Positions 25,478 to 38,539 are shown, counted from the stretch's first letter. The stretch: 64,000 nt of DNA from Basidiobolus meristosporus CBS 931.73 (GCA_002104905.1 MCFE01000032.1:154244-218243); one strand, 5' to 3'. The notes: generated by a model from the sequence alone, not told the origin. Translations and numbers: made by a program.

Positions 25478-27346
25478 ATGGAAGACTGTAAACCAGCAGC
25501 TACCCCAATGGAGACAAACCTTAACTTGGTTAAAACTCAATCAAATCAGGAGTGCTTAGTGCCATATGAAAGCCCTGAATTTCCTTATCAATCTATGGTT
25601 AGCAGTCTGCTATATATCATGCTTGGACATGTCCAGATATCTCATATTCAGTGGGAGTTATCAGCCAGCATAATCTGAGCTATGGATCTGATCATGTTGC
25701 AGCAGTTAAGTGAACTTTTAAATACCTAAAAGAAACTGCTGATATCTGCTTAAGATACACTTATAAGGATTTAGAACAGGATCTTGTGGGATACTCTGAT
25801 ACCAGTTGGGGACAAAACTTTGAACACAGAAGATCACCACAGGAAACACATTTCTTAACTGTAAAGGAGCAGTTTCAAGGAATTCAAGAAAGCAACAAAC
25901 CATAGTACTTTCTACAATAGAGGCAGAATATATGGCAGCCTATGAAGTTACAAAAGAACCACTGTGGCTAAGGAAGCTTTCTAAAGATTCTGGCTTATGT
26001 TAAGTACACCTACTGCTCTATTTCAAGATATCCAAGAATGCATACAATTAGGTAGAAATCAAACTTTCATGTTAGAACTAAGCACATAGATATTAGACAT
26101 CATTTCATACATGAAGCCATAAAGATCTACTTAGCTAACTTAGCCTACAGTCCTACAGATGAAATGATTGCAGACATACTTACCAACCATTAGATAGAGA
26201 CAAGTGTGAATAGACTTGTTCTGTTGGATAGTGCCACATTGAGCCATGAGTGCCAAATGATGCCATAGCGTGCCAGGGAGGCCAAGTGAGCCTAAGCTTG
26301 GCCACAGAGTGTGAAACATAGCTCTTCATCTTCATGCAGATCAGCCCCTGTGTTTCACCCATTGTGTTGGAGAAAATCCGTTTTTTGACCTTTTTTTTGG
26401 ATCAATGTAGTGCATGATGTGTAAGAGCACAGAAGAATTGAAGACATGCACCTGGTACTCAATACCCATGGCACTCTGAATCTAGCTCCTGTAGCTTGTA
26501 TCATGTCACAAAAATGAATGGCACTCTCTTGGTCCACTGGTACTATCTAGCACTATAAGTGCTTTATATAGGTCTTACTTTAGGGCTAATATTTAAATAT
26601 AGTGCCAGATAGTACCAGTGGACCAAGAGAGTGCCATTCATTTATGTGACATGATACAAGCTACAGGAGCTAGATTCAGAGTGCCATGTGTATTGAGTAC
26701 CAGATGCATGTCTTCAGTCCTTCTGTCCTCTCACACATCTTGCACAACACTGATCCAAATAAAAAGGTCAAAAAATGGATTTTCTCCAATACAAAGGGTG
26801 AAACACAGGGGCTGCTTTGCATGAAGATGCAGAGCTATGTTTCATACTCTGGGGCAAAGTTTAGGTCTGCTATGCCTCTCTGGCATGCAATGGCACTATT
26901 TGGCACTCATGGCTCAATGTGGCACTATCCAACGGAACAAGTCTAATATCTTAGATCAAAATTGGGACCAGTCAGTATGAGCATTTAGTTAAGTGGGATG
27001 TTGTAAAATTTGTAATTCCACCTTGATATTCACCTGACTTGATCACTTAGATTATTACCATCAAATCTCAGAGAACATGACCAAAATCCTTGTAAGGAGT
27101 TACTTGGAATATTTTCACCAAAATATCAGATACCCAGAACATGAAAATTCTCAAAGTTGCTCAAGCAGCCCCAATCTTTGCACACATGTTCTTGGGAACC
27201 TTCCTAAGCCTACTGCACATGTTTGTTATTCCAATACTATGTAAAAGTGCACATGTTACGCTTACATTCAATGAATTATTAGGTGAAAACTACATAATCT
27301 ACTTGTTCTGCTAATCCCTTCCAGTATCTCCAAGACTCCTACAACA
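25478..27346 (+). mobile_element. Ty1/copia element D remnant (RT end, RNase H, 3' LTR 26999-27346), interrupted by MITE 1
   Basis: MEDCKPAATPMETNL and RNase H remnants homologous to 32200-32990; PPT then TGTTG...CAACA LTR. Confidence 0.9.
26212..26944. mobile_element. Palindromic (foldback) MITE, copy 1
   Basis: Inverted arms 26212-26553 / 26602-26944, 48-bp spacer, termini AGACTTG...CAAGTCT; 3-bp TSD AAT relative to the empty copia site GAATATCTT (~32940). Confidence 0.93.
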
Positions 27347-27870
27347 TGTATAGCAGAAATTAGTGATCACTGATTTGCAGTGGCTTGACTTGGATTGCAA
27401 AAAAACTGCATTAGTTGGATCATGACAAATGGTAACCACCTGATGCAAACACATCATCTTTTTCTAGGTTTTTTTTCTCACAGGGATTTCTACTGAAGAA
27501 TTTGGTAGTGATTCACTATGTGCACCTGAACCACCTCCTTGTTGATAATCATACTGGCTACTTGTGTACTTGTAGTCAGTATATTACCTCCTAGTTGATG
27601 AGTGCAATGCTGGAGCTTGGCCATGCTGAATTGCTCCAGACAGTATGACAGAACCAGCTTCAAGTGCCATGCACTGTCACATTAATTTACTTGCCAAAGG
27701 CTCTGGAGGTGGAGGCACTTCATATGGGTCATTGCCAATCAGTTCACCAGAAGTAACTTGCTGATGTTCAGGTGTGCTGGCATGCACAGGCATGATGTGA
27801 TGTGTTGGAATAGCCCTTGGCTGAGTTTAATGTGGTGTCACATTTTGGCATTACTTGGCCTGCTCCAATG
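27347..27870 (-). mobile_element. Element H internal fragment (left flank of copia C)
   Basis: Homologous to ~49200-49600 and ~44020-44300; continues at 33347 after copia C; empty site at ~50060. Confidence 0.7.
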
Positions 27871-30800
27871 TGTTGTAAAAATTTGTATTTCCACCTTAAT
27901 ATTCACCTAACTTAGTCACTTAGATCATTACCTTTATATCCTATAGAATGCTGACCAAATTCCTTGTCGGGATTTACTTAGAATATTTTTGCCAAAATAC
28001 CAGGTACCCAAAACATGAAAATTCTCAAAGTTGTCCAAACAGCCCCAAACTTTGCACACATGTTCTTGGGACCTTCCTTAACCAATTCTATGTGTTTGTA
28101 ATGCCAAGATCAGGTAAAAGTATAAATACTACTTTTACATTCAATAAATCATTAAGTGAAAACCACATAATCTACTTGTCCTGCCAATCACTTCCAATAT
28201 CTCCAAGACTCTTACAACAGGTTATGTGCCCCAAGCTGTCACTCTCTGTAATGTCTACTACAGCTATTACTGGAATCTTTCCCTCTGCAGAGAAGTTGGA
28301 TGGATCTAACTACCAAGTGTGGAAGGTAAAGATGAAGATGCTGCTACAAGAAAGAGGCCTTTGGGATACTGTCATGGGAGAAGAATGCCCCCCTAAAAAC
28401 GTGGGAGAGGAAGCCTTGAAGTACCAGAAGAAAGAACAAAGTGCCTTTAACTGCATTTGCCTTAATGTTAAGGACAAATTGCTAATTCAATGCTCAAGAG
28501 CAAAAACAGCAAAGAATGCCTGGAAAGCATTAGAAGACACCTACCAGTCATGTTCAGCTGCTAAGAAAATGTATCTGAGATGAAAATTCTTTACTATAAA
28601 GATGCTGCCAGGAGAAGAAATGAAAAATCTAATTAACAGAATTACCCTGCTGGTCAATGAGATGGAATCTGTGGGCGTACCAACTACTGATGAGGATGTG
28701 ATAGTTACCATCCTGAATAGCCTGACAGACAGGTTTCAGGGTCTTGTATCAGCCCTAGAGTCCAGAACTGAAGATTTGACCTTAAGGTACATATATGGAA
28801 GGCTCCTGGATGAAGAATTAAGAAAATAAAGCGCAAATAAGAAGGAAGAAGAAAATGCTTTAATAAGCAATGATAACCAACAAAGGAGGTACCCAAAACC
28901 CTACAAAGGCAACAGCAACCTGTATTGTAACTACTACAAAAGGAAAGGACACACATCCAACCAGTGTCTCAAAAAGAAAGATAATCAGCAAAAAATGCCT
29001 GAATATGGAAATGCTGCAACAAATGAAGATAGATTATAGACTTGTTCCGTTGGATAGTGCCACATTGAGCCATGAGTGCCAAATAATGCCATAGTGTGCC
29101 AAGAAGGCTAAGGGAGCCTATACTTGGCCACAGGGTGTGAAACATAGCTCTGCATCTTCATGCAAAGTGGCCCCTGCATTTTGCCCATTGTGTCGGAGAA
29201 AATCCACTTTCTGACCTTTTTCTTGGATCAATGTTGTGCAGGATGTGAAAGAGCACAGAAAGACTGAAGACATGCATCTGGTACTCAATACCCATGGCAC
29301 TCTGAATCTAGCTCCTGTGGATTGTATCATGTCACAAAAATGCATGGCACTATCTTGGTCCACCGGTACTATCTGGCACTATATTTAAATATTAGCCCTA
29401 AAGTAAAACCTATATAAAGCACTTATCGTGCCAGATAGTACCGGTGGACCAAGATAGTGCCATGCATTTTTGTGACATGATACAATCCACAGGAGCTAGA
29501 TTCAGAGTGCCATGGTTATTGAGTGCCAGATGCATGTCTCAGTTCTTCTGTGCCCTTTCACATCCTGCACAACAATGATCCAGAAAAAAAGGTCAAAAAA
29601 TGGATTTTCTCCAGCACAATGGGTGAATCTCAGGGGCTGCTTTGCATGAAAATGAAGATTAATGTTTCACACTCTGCGGCCAAGTTTAGGTCTGCTATGC
29701 CTTTCTGGCACTCAATGGCACTATTTGGCACTTGTGGCTCAATGTGGCACCATCCAATGGAACAAGTCTTATTCATATCTGCACTAAATATGACCACAAA
29801 CAAGGATTTGCAGACATGGTTTATTGACTCTGGAACATCTCAACACTTTACACACCAAAAAGGACTCTTTACCCAATATCAAGAAATTCCAATTAAGAAG
29901 GTTTTCATGGGTGACAATAGGACACTTGATGCAGTGGGAGAAGGAACTATCCAAGTAAACCTAAGAAGCAGTGAAGGAAGCCATACACTGACTCTCAAAG
30001 AAGTACTCTATGTACCAGAAATAGCCAAGAACCTACTATCTGTAAGCAAGACCACTGCAGAAGGACTCAGTTTCAGCTTTGACAATTCTGGATGCAAGAT
30101 CACTAATCAAAATGGTGCCCATATTGCTTTGGGTATCAGAGATCAGAATCTATACAAGTTGACTTATATTCCATCATATTTGGAAGGCAATATAAGTAAA
30201 TTAAATGAAGAAACAACAATGCTTTGGCACAGGAGATTTGGGCACATCAATTTTGATTATTTATGCAAAATGATCAAAGATCAGCTAATTTCCAGAGTAA
30301 AAATTGATCCCCCAGCTAATTTGGAGCACTGTGAAGCCTGCATATATGGGAAACAAGCCAGACAACCGTTCAAGAGCTCTGGGTTAATCAAAATAAGAAA
30401 AAATTAGATCTGATGCACTCAGATCTGTGTGGACCTATGCAAAATATATCCTTAGGTGGGATGAAGTATTTAATCACTTTTATTGATGATTATACAAGAT
30501 ACACATGGGTCTACTTCATGGAGAGAAAGGAAGAAGTTCTGTCTAAGTTCAGGGAGTTTAAAGCCATGGTGGAGAGAGAAACTGGTGAAAAAATCAAGAA
30601 AATATGCTCTGACAATGGTGGACAGAGAAACTGGTGAAAAAATAAAGAAAATATGCTCTGACTGTAGTGGGGAATACACCTCAAAACTCTTCATCTACTT
30701 CTGCAAAATTCATGGGATAAAGCAAGAGACTACTGTATCATACCCCCCACAGAAAAATGGAGTAGCAAAACGTGCTAACAGATCAATAATTGATATGGCA

Positions 30801-33341
30801 AGATCTATGATCAATGATCAAAAATTATCCTATGATTTCTGGGCGGAATCAGTTGCCACTGCTGTTTATCTTAAAAATAGGAGTTATAACAGAATACTTT
30901 GCAATTCTACTCCATTTGAAGCATGGTATGGATACAGACAAAGTGCAGAACATCTAAGAATATTTGGGTGTACAGCATGTGCCAAGTAACTGCCTGGAAA
31001 TCATTCAAGACTTGAGTCACAAAGTGTAAAATGCATATTTTTGGGCTACTGCAATGTGAGCAAAGCAAACAGACTATACAATACCAGAGCAACAAAGCTA
31101 ATCAAGTCCAGGGATGTGTTGTTTGATGAAAATTCAAAATTTTCACAAAAAATGCCTTCAGATGATGCCAAAAATCTGATCTTAAATCCACCAACTGTCA
31201 GGATTGAATCAGAACAAAACAATGATATTTTTTCACTCCAGAGGACTCTAAAATCCTGGTTCAGCCAGAATCAGTGCTCAGGAATATCCCAGAAGTGATC
31301 ATTCCAGTATCAAATGCCCGGAGATCCAATTGGACAAGAAATAGCCCAACTTACTATATCAATGAGGGTACAAACTTAGCCTATGCCCATTCAGTCAATA
31401 TTGATGAGCCCCAGACTGTAAAAGAGGCCTCAAATAGCCCTCAGACAAAGTTTTGGAGATCTGCAATAACTGAGGAATATCAGGCCCTGATGGAAAATCA
31501 ACCTGGGACTTAGTCAAATTACCAATCAACCAAAAATCAAGATATGCAGATGCAGATGGGTCTTCAACACAAAATACAACGCTAATAGTACAATTGAAAG
31601 ATACTAAGCAAGACTTGTAGCCAAAGAATGCTTTCAAACAAAAGGACCTGACTATACTGCAACCTTTGCACTGGTAGCCAAGTTTAATTCCATCAGATTA
31701 ATATTGGCTATTGCAGCCAAATATAAGTTTTTTATTCATCAAATGGATGTAAAAGCTGCATTTTTGAATGGAGAACTTGATGAGGATGTGAATATGGACC
31801 AGTCTGATGGGTTTGTTGACCAAGATAGCCCCCATTTGGTCTGCAAGCTTAAAAAGTCACTATATGGTCTCAAACAATCACCAAGAGCCTGGAATTGCAA
31901 GATAGATTCTTATTGGGAATCTTCAAGTTTCAAAAGGAGTAATGCTGACTATAGTATATACTATAAGCCATATAGAACAAATCCAGTTCTATTAGCTCTA
32001 TATGTGGATGATCTTATTATAGCCACCAATAACCTAGAAACATTGAAAGAGACTAAATCCAGCCTATCTAAAGAGCTCAAGATGTCCAAACAAGGAGAAC
32101 TTAATTACTACTTAGGGATTAAGTTCTTCATAGACAGAAGTACCCAGACTATCACCCTAAGCCAATCCAAGTATATTCAAGATATACTAAAGAAGTACCA
32201 AATGGAAGACTGTAAACTGGCAGCTACCCCAATGGAGACAAACCTTAACTTGGTCAAAACTCAGCCAAATCAAGAGAGCTTGGTGCCATCTGAAAGCCCT
32301 GACTTTCCTTATCAATCAGAGATTGGCAGTCTGATGTATATTATGCTAGGAACACGTCCAGATATCTCATATTCAGTGGGAGTTGTCAGCCAACATAATC
32401 AAAACTATGGATCTGATCACATTGCAGCAGTTAAGCAGATTTTTAGATACCTAAAAGGAACTGCTGATATCTGCTTAAGATACACTTATAAGGATTCAGA
32501 ACAGGATCTTGTGGGATACTCTGATGCTGATTGGGGACAAAAACTAGAAGACAGAAGATCCACCACAGGATACACCTTTCTTTACTGTAAAGGAGCAATT
32601 TCATGGAATTCAAGAAAGCAACCAACCGTAGCACTTTCCACCACAGAGGCAGAGTATATGACTGCCTGTGAAGCTACAAAAGAAGCAATGTGGTTAAGAA
32701 AACTTTATACAGATTTAGGCCTATGTCAAAAAACGCCTATTACTTTATTTCAGGATAATCAAGGATGTATACAATTAGGTAGAAATTCAACTTTTCATGC
32801 TAGAACCAAGCACATAGATATTAGACATCATTTCATATGTGAAGCTATAGAGAATAACTTAGTTAGCTTGGCTTACTGTCCTACAGATGAAAAGATTGCA
32901 GACATATTTACCAAACCATTAGCTTGAGAGAAGTCTGAATATCTTAGGTCAAAATTAGGACTAGTCAGTATGAACATTTAGCTGAGTGGGAGTGTTGTAA
33001 TAATTTGTATTTCCATCTAAATATTCACCTAGCTTAGTCACTTAGATCATTACCTTCATATCCTATAGAATATTGACCAAATTCCTTGTTGGGATTTACT
33101 TAGAAAATTTTTGCCAAAATACCAGGTACCCAGAACATGAAAATTCTCAAAGTTGTCCAAACAGCCCCAAACTTTGCACACATGTTCTTGGGACCTTCCT
33201 TAACCTATTCTACGTGTTTGTAATGCCAAGATCAGGTAAAAGTATAAATACTACTTTTACATTCAATAAATCATTAACTGAAAACCACATAATGTACTTG
33301 TTCTCCCAATCACTTCCAATATCTCCAAGACTTTTACAACA
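27871..33341 (+). mobile_element. Ty1/copia element C, full length, inactivated
   Basis: LTRs 27871-28219 and 32993-33341 (349 bp, ~17 substitutions by hand count); PBS GGTTATGTGCCC; PPT TGAGTGGGAG; TSD CAATG/CAACG. RT-RH ORF 31704-32927; MITE at 29038; 49-bp duplication at 30566. Confidence 0.96.
29038..29769. mobile_element. Palindromic (foldback) MITE, copy 2
   Basis: Arms 29038-29379 / 29428-29769 (342 bp each); 48-bp spacer is the reverse complement of the copy-1 spacer; TSD TAT relative to the empty site GACTATTCATATC (~15395). Confidence 0.94.
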
Positions 33342-33346
33342 CAACG

Positions 33347-34477
33347 GACATGTGTCTAAATGTGCAATTTGGTGAGTTCTGGTAGTTTTGCTCTGAAGCA
33401 TGCACATTTATCTCACATGTGTTGACTTGATGCAGGGCACTTTTATTAGGGGTGTTGGTGTAGAATGGACTGACATGTGCTGGCATGCTGAATTTGCAGG
33501 GGATGGTAAGGAATCCAGCAAGGCATGCTGGCACAATCTGGACGCAGTTACTTGCAGTCATTATTTTTTCTCTTAAAGTTCACCTTTTGATTCCTCAAGG
33601 TACACACTCACCCTCAGTTCAATACCTTAGCACTATTGCCTTGATGAGTCCTGTGTGTATTGCTCTTGGAAGCCACTTAGCTCTACTAATATATCATATA
33701 GTACATCAGTCATTTGAGGCAAAAACACATTCAAGATCTCCTTGGTTCCCAATGTTGGGGCACAAACAAATGCATCTGGTCTGTACTGTGCAAATTGCAT
33801 GTGGAATTGTTTGCATGTGGCTTCCTCATCAAATCCCCTCACTGTCAGCTCATTCCTGATTTCAATACTTGTCTTTTTATGCATCTTGTTACATACATCT
33901 GCTGTCATCTTCATGTAGAACTCATGGCACAGCATTCTACTCAGCTTCTTCTATCTCTGTCAGCTCTCTGAGGTATCCAGTTCTGCTAGATTAATGAGTA
34001 AGGTCTACATATCTGTATGAAGACTCATCATAGACATGTGGGCCATACTATAATCATTTGGTACAAACTCAAACTGATCTGACATTGATTTTTCCAGGCC
34101 AGACCACACTTGTAAGTTGGGAGATGAGTTTTCTCTGGGTTGTACTCAGGATGTGTTGAGTCTTGGTATTGGGACCATAGTGGCAGATTTGGATAGATTT
34201 ATGAGTAAATCATCAATAAAGTCACCAAGTCATTGTTTGAGAATTTTTTTTGCAACTTAATGATGGGATTCTTGGCAATTGATCAAGATTCAATCATGAT
34301 GCATGAAAAATCAGATAAATTAAGCTGATTGCACCAATCTAATTCTAATCACCTCCACACAATCACATACCTGTTTGGATATGACTTACTCTTCTGCATG
34401 GTTTTTTCTCATCAATCCCACCACTACCACTGGATTTCTGCTTGACACGTCAGAGGAGATCTATACCAGGTACTGTG
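33347..34477 (-). mobile_element. Element H internal fragment with decayed long ORF
   Basis: One minus-strand frame over most of the fragment, with stops mostly explicable as CGA/CAA/CAG C->T changes; homologous to 50060-50740, 44310-44830 and 57624-57980; resumes in frame at 42018. Confidence 0.7.
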
Positions 34478-34890
34478 TGTGGGTTATTACTGACTGTACT
34501 TGGTAGTTGGGAGAGCTATAGATCAAGTCACTACCACTTGGCTCAGAATAGCTTTTGATAGAAGGTTGCAAGATAATAAAGTCTTATGTTCATCACATTA
34601 AATATTTGTCCCTTTCCACTTGTCTCAGTTGAATATACATATATCGCACTGAGAGGGGCTTAGGTGATGAACAATGTGTTATAAAATAGGGGTGTGAACA
34701 CCTTCCTGCTATGGCAAGCATTCTGACTAGGTAAGGACAGAAATAGGAGGAATGTTGTATGGGGGACTCATAGAGAGGATACTGGAGAGACTTTGGGTAG
34801 GACTCTGGGGGAGCTCTTGGGCAAAAAGTTGGTATTAAATTTAGTACTCATATATCCCAGAGGTTAAGAGGGAGCTTTGTCATTGAGGTA

Positions 34891-36576
34891 CTATGGCAAA
34901 CTTGCTTCTCCATAGTCAATTTTGTTTACAGAGCATGGGGAGTCACCATAGTACCATTGATGGTTGTCACTTGCATGGGGATTGCAGGCGTGTACCAGAA
35001 ACCACTCAGCAGCAGAGTGGGGTGCAGCTTGGGTTATTTGAGAGATGTTTTCCATGGAGCCAAACAATTGGCAAACCATAAGGCTCTGGGTGAGCTCCTT
35101 GGGGGGATTGGAGTACAAGCATCAATGCAATAGCGCAATAATGTCTTGCTTCTTTATCTGGCAAATGTTGTTGAGGCTTTGGTGCTCTTTTAAGAGGGCA
35201 TACACTTGGTTGGCAGTCATTAGATATCAATGACAGATTCTTGCTTCTTCTGAGACATATTGTAGTACTTCTATGGAGACTGTGGTGCAATCAAGGCGTT
35301 TTGGCACTTGGCTCATGGTTTCTACAGAGTCAGTGGTGGTTTCTTTGGTTTCCTGGAGTGGGACTTTGTACTGGCTCCTGAGTTGTCCTGTGGTGAACCA
35401 TTGTAATAGTTGTAACACAGCAATTTGGTGGATTGCATGGGTCAACTGGCCAGTATATTTAATCTGCTCACATATCTTCTCCAGGATGCTTCCTTCTTGG
35501 GAATGCAGCTTTACATGTTTGCAGATCTCTCAGAGGAGTCCTTTGAATAGGAGTTCTACCTCTTGTGCTCTTGCAGCTTGTACCAGGTCTGCATATACCT
35601 CAACAACTGTAGCACCTCTCAATGGTAAGTATGCAACAAAATAGGGGGGCTCTTGAAGCCTGGTGAGGGTACAACAGTTGATTCCTTGCATCTTATGTCT
35701 GACTATGTCCACTATGGATATGGGAATCAATGCAGCATCCCTCTCCTTGAAGAGCAAGGAAGCTCCTCTCAGGAGATATACGGTCTTTGTGGGTAGTGTC
35801 TTTATACTTTGTATTGGCGTGAGTAACTTGTCTTGTCCCTCTCTGATTGTTTCTTGTATTATTGTGACTGCTCCAGCAAATGCCTCTTCATAGGTGGCTC
35901 TTGTCACACTTAATGATTGTGTCAAATCTCTCAGCACCTGCAGGTTGGACTTGTTTTTGATATTGTCTTGATTCTTGCTACTGGGGGGAGTATTGCCAGT
36001 TCCAGGTGAAACTATTTCCTTTGGCACTTTCCATATGCATCTTTTTGTTCTCCCTTTTGGGCAAACTTCCTTGCACATATCATTTGTACCTATATTAACT
36101 AAATCTTCTCTAATAAACCTTGTATGTATCCTGTGTCTTTCTCTATCCTTGTCCTGATAACTGTTTAAGCATGCTTTGGTCTTGGTGATGATTGGTAGAT
36201 CATCATGATATAGCTTCAGATGGGCTGGCACTATGTTGCTGACTGTCTTGTTGTTCAGGGTAATGGTGTATTTTGGTCCATGGTCTAAACTGATAACAGT
36301 GCAATGGCCAATCCATTAGGGTGTAAATTGTGGGCAAAACTTGAGGCCTGCAACAGTTTGGTCATACCACACCTTATTGCCTGGTTTCCATTTGTGTCTT
36401 GTTAGTATCTTGCTTTTGGGTGGTGGGAGAGGGTGTTTGTTAGCATTTTTGAATACCTTTATGTATAGGTGAGCAATATAGTGTATCAACCTTTCTACAT
36501 AGTTGCTCTGTGTTGTCAGGGGGGCACCTTTCATTGTCAATCCAGCTTCTTCATGCCACTTGGGCCTTGTCCACAT
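34891..36576 (-). pseudogene. G2 integrase C-terminus (GPY/F module) fused in frame to a ~440-aa unknown extension
   Basis: Track ORFs 36316-36576, 35530-36231, 35227-35445 and 34891-35118 share one frame, separated only by in-frame stops (one TAA, three TGA) with no frameshift. Confidence 0.75.
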
Positions 36577-37469
36577 AGAATTACATATGGGGAGAAACCT
36601 ATTGCTTTATTTGGTATGGTGCACATTGCTAGGAGTGTCAGTGAGAGCAGCTTGGCCCATGATTGGGGAAGTTCACAGTGAGGCTTCTCTAGTATGAGGC
36701 AACATGTCTGGTTCATCCTCCTGCGAAGTCCATTAGTCTGGGGGTAATGTGTGGCCATGAGGACCTATTTCATGCCCATCTATTTGCCCAGGTAGGTCAT
36801 GGTTTTGCTCAGGAAGGAACCGCTATTGTTGGACAGGAGTATCTGAGGATATCCATGCCAGCTGATGAGGTGTTCTAGAATGAGAAGGGTGGCTGTCTAC
36901 TGATCTTTATTTTGGATGGCTTGGGCTCCTACCCACTTTGCAAAATAATGGTAGCATTTATTATGTATTGTTCTCTTTTTTTGTTTTCATAAGCAGGCCA
37001 ACAAAGTCAATCCCTACTTAGTGCAAGGGTAGGTCAACTGGTATTGGTGCAGTGGTCCCTATCTTCTGACTCCGGTTGAGTCTTTTGCAAGTGGTGCATC
37101 TTTGTAATGTATTTGTAACATTGGTCATCATTGTTTTCCAAAAAAATGTCTTTCATAACAGTTTATACATTGTTAGGGGGTTAGCATGCCCAAATGACAT
37201 ATGCCTTTCTTGTATGATATCTTTGCGGGCAGCTAGCAGGGAACCTTGGCTCTGAACTGTCCTTGAAGGAACCATATGTGATTTTCTTATACTTTGTACT
37301 GACACTGTTTCCTTTCAAATTCTCTCTTCTGTTTGTTTATAAAATTTATTTAGGATACTTCCCCTTCTTTTTAAAGCATATTACATCCTTGAAATCATCA
37401 CTGATGCATATTTGGCAAATGGGATAGCAACCAAGGAAGTCTGCATCCTGATGTTTCTTGCCAGCATGG

Positions 37470-38539
37470 TGTAGTGGGGTCACAATGACACTCACCAACA
37501 GATGTACTCATTCCCATATTTTCTACTTCACTATTTCTCTATTATACATATTTTAGTTTTATCCCATTTGTATTACTTGACAAGTACTATCCCATAAGCT
37601 GGCTGACTATCACACCTGCTTACCTTATTGCATAAGTTGTCTCTCACCTTATGTAAGATTACTAGCTGTAAGTGCTTCTATATTGGGCAAGGACCCATAC
37701 CAGCACCTATGACACATGGTTAACCTGTGTTACCATCCCTACTGTTTCCATACCATAAATGGTATCCCTATGCTACACAGATCTCAGAGTACTGATTCCT
37801 GATTGATTGGATGTGCTTTGCCTCTTAGAACCTTCTGGCACCTACTTAGAGTACTCTTAGCTCATTCCAATGTCATTAAGATTTCTATTGATATCTGGAA
37901 CCTTCTGGAACATCATGATTATTATTTGCTTTGCCAGTGAGAAAAGTATATACAGGAGGCAATCCCTCAACAGTATATCATCATCCCTTTTATCCATATA
38001 CCAACTTGTTAATTAGTGTGATCACTGCTACCTGCTTCTACCTGAACTTCCAACCACAGACCACAGGATACTCCCAGGAAACCACGCTGACAGCCAATAG
38101 ACCTTGGAGGCACTACTTGTGAGGAATACCCAGAGTAGGTATCTTTTATTACATTTGATTCTTTCCCAAGTTTGTTCATGTACAGGCAAAGATACTTCTC
38201 TGTCTTTGTAACTATTGTCCACAGCTGCATTCTTATCAAGTCCCTGCTGGTGGATATTACAGTTGTTTTGACTTTGAAGCTTTAGTACATTGTCATCTCA
38301 AAGGATGTTGAGCCCAGCACATACTTTTGCTAAGACACCAACCAAGTTGGGGATTGTAGCTCAGTAGTTTTCCCTTGACAAGCTTGTGGCTTTAATCCCC
38401 TTCACTTTAGTGTAGAGACAAAACCCAGGTATTTCTAGCAAGCTTTTGCTGGAGGTTATTGCACCCATTGAGCACCCCACACACAAAACACTTCAGAAGT
38501 GTTGGACATATCTCTCCCTTGGACTTATACACCACAACA
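37470..38539 (+). mobile_element. 1.07-kb solo LTR (family R4) inserted in G2 pol
   Basis: TGTAGTGGGG...CACAACA; 4-bp TSD ATGG/GTGG (one transition); colinear with 61853-62923. Confidence 0.85.

Noticed and set aside
27948-28583. ORF starting inside the copia LTR and reading in frame into gag (also 20481-21224 and 33073-33375)
   Set aside because: The upstream start codons precede the LTR TATA box (GTATAAAT ~28119), so they would not be in the element mRNA. Recurrence reflects near-identical LTR copies, not independent conservation.
26180-29770. Repeated small ORFs MDQ(E/D)SA.HFCDMIQ.TGARFRVP on both strands
   Set aside because: They are a consequence of the palindromic MITE arms; short and variably disrupted.
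27871-33341. Classical RIP acting on copia C
   Set aside because: Its LTR pair differs by roughly 10 transitions and 7 transversions (hand count), not the near-pure C->T pattern of RIP.
34280-34400. Harbinger DDE motif in the element H ORF (KQVCD...HHDRIL)
   Set aside because: The spacing differs and the G.PGS motif is missing; not sufficient to call a transposase catalytic core.
34891-36231. env-like gene in G2 (it occupies the env position)
   Set aside because: It is in frame with integrase, and I see no signal peptide, furin site or transmembrane anchor. Reported as an integrase extension instead.
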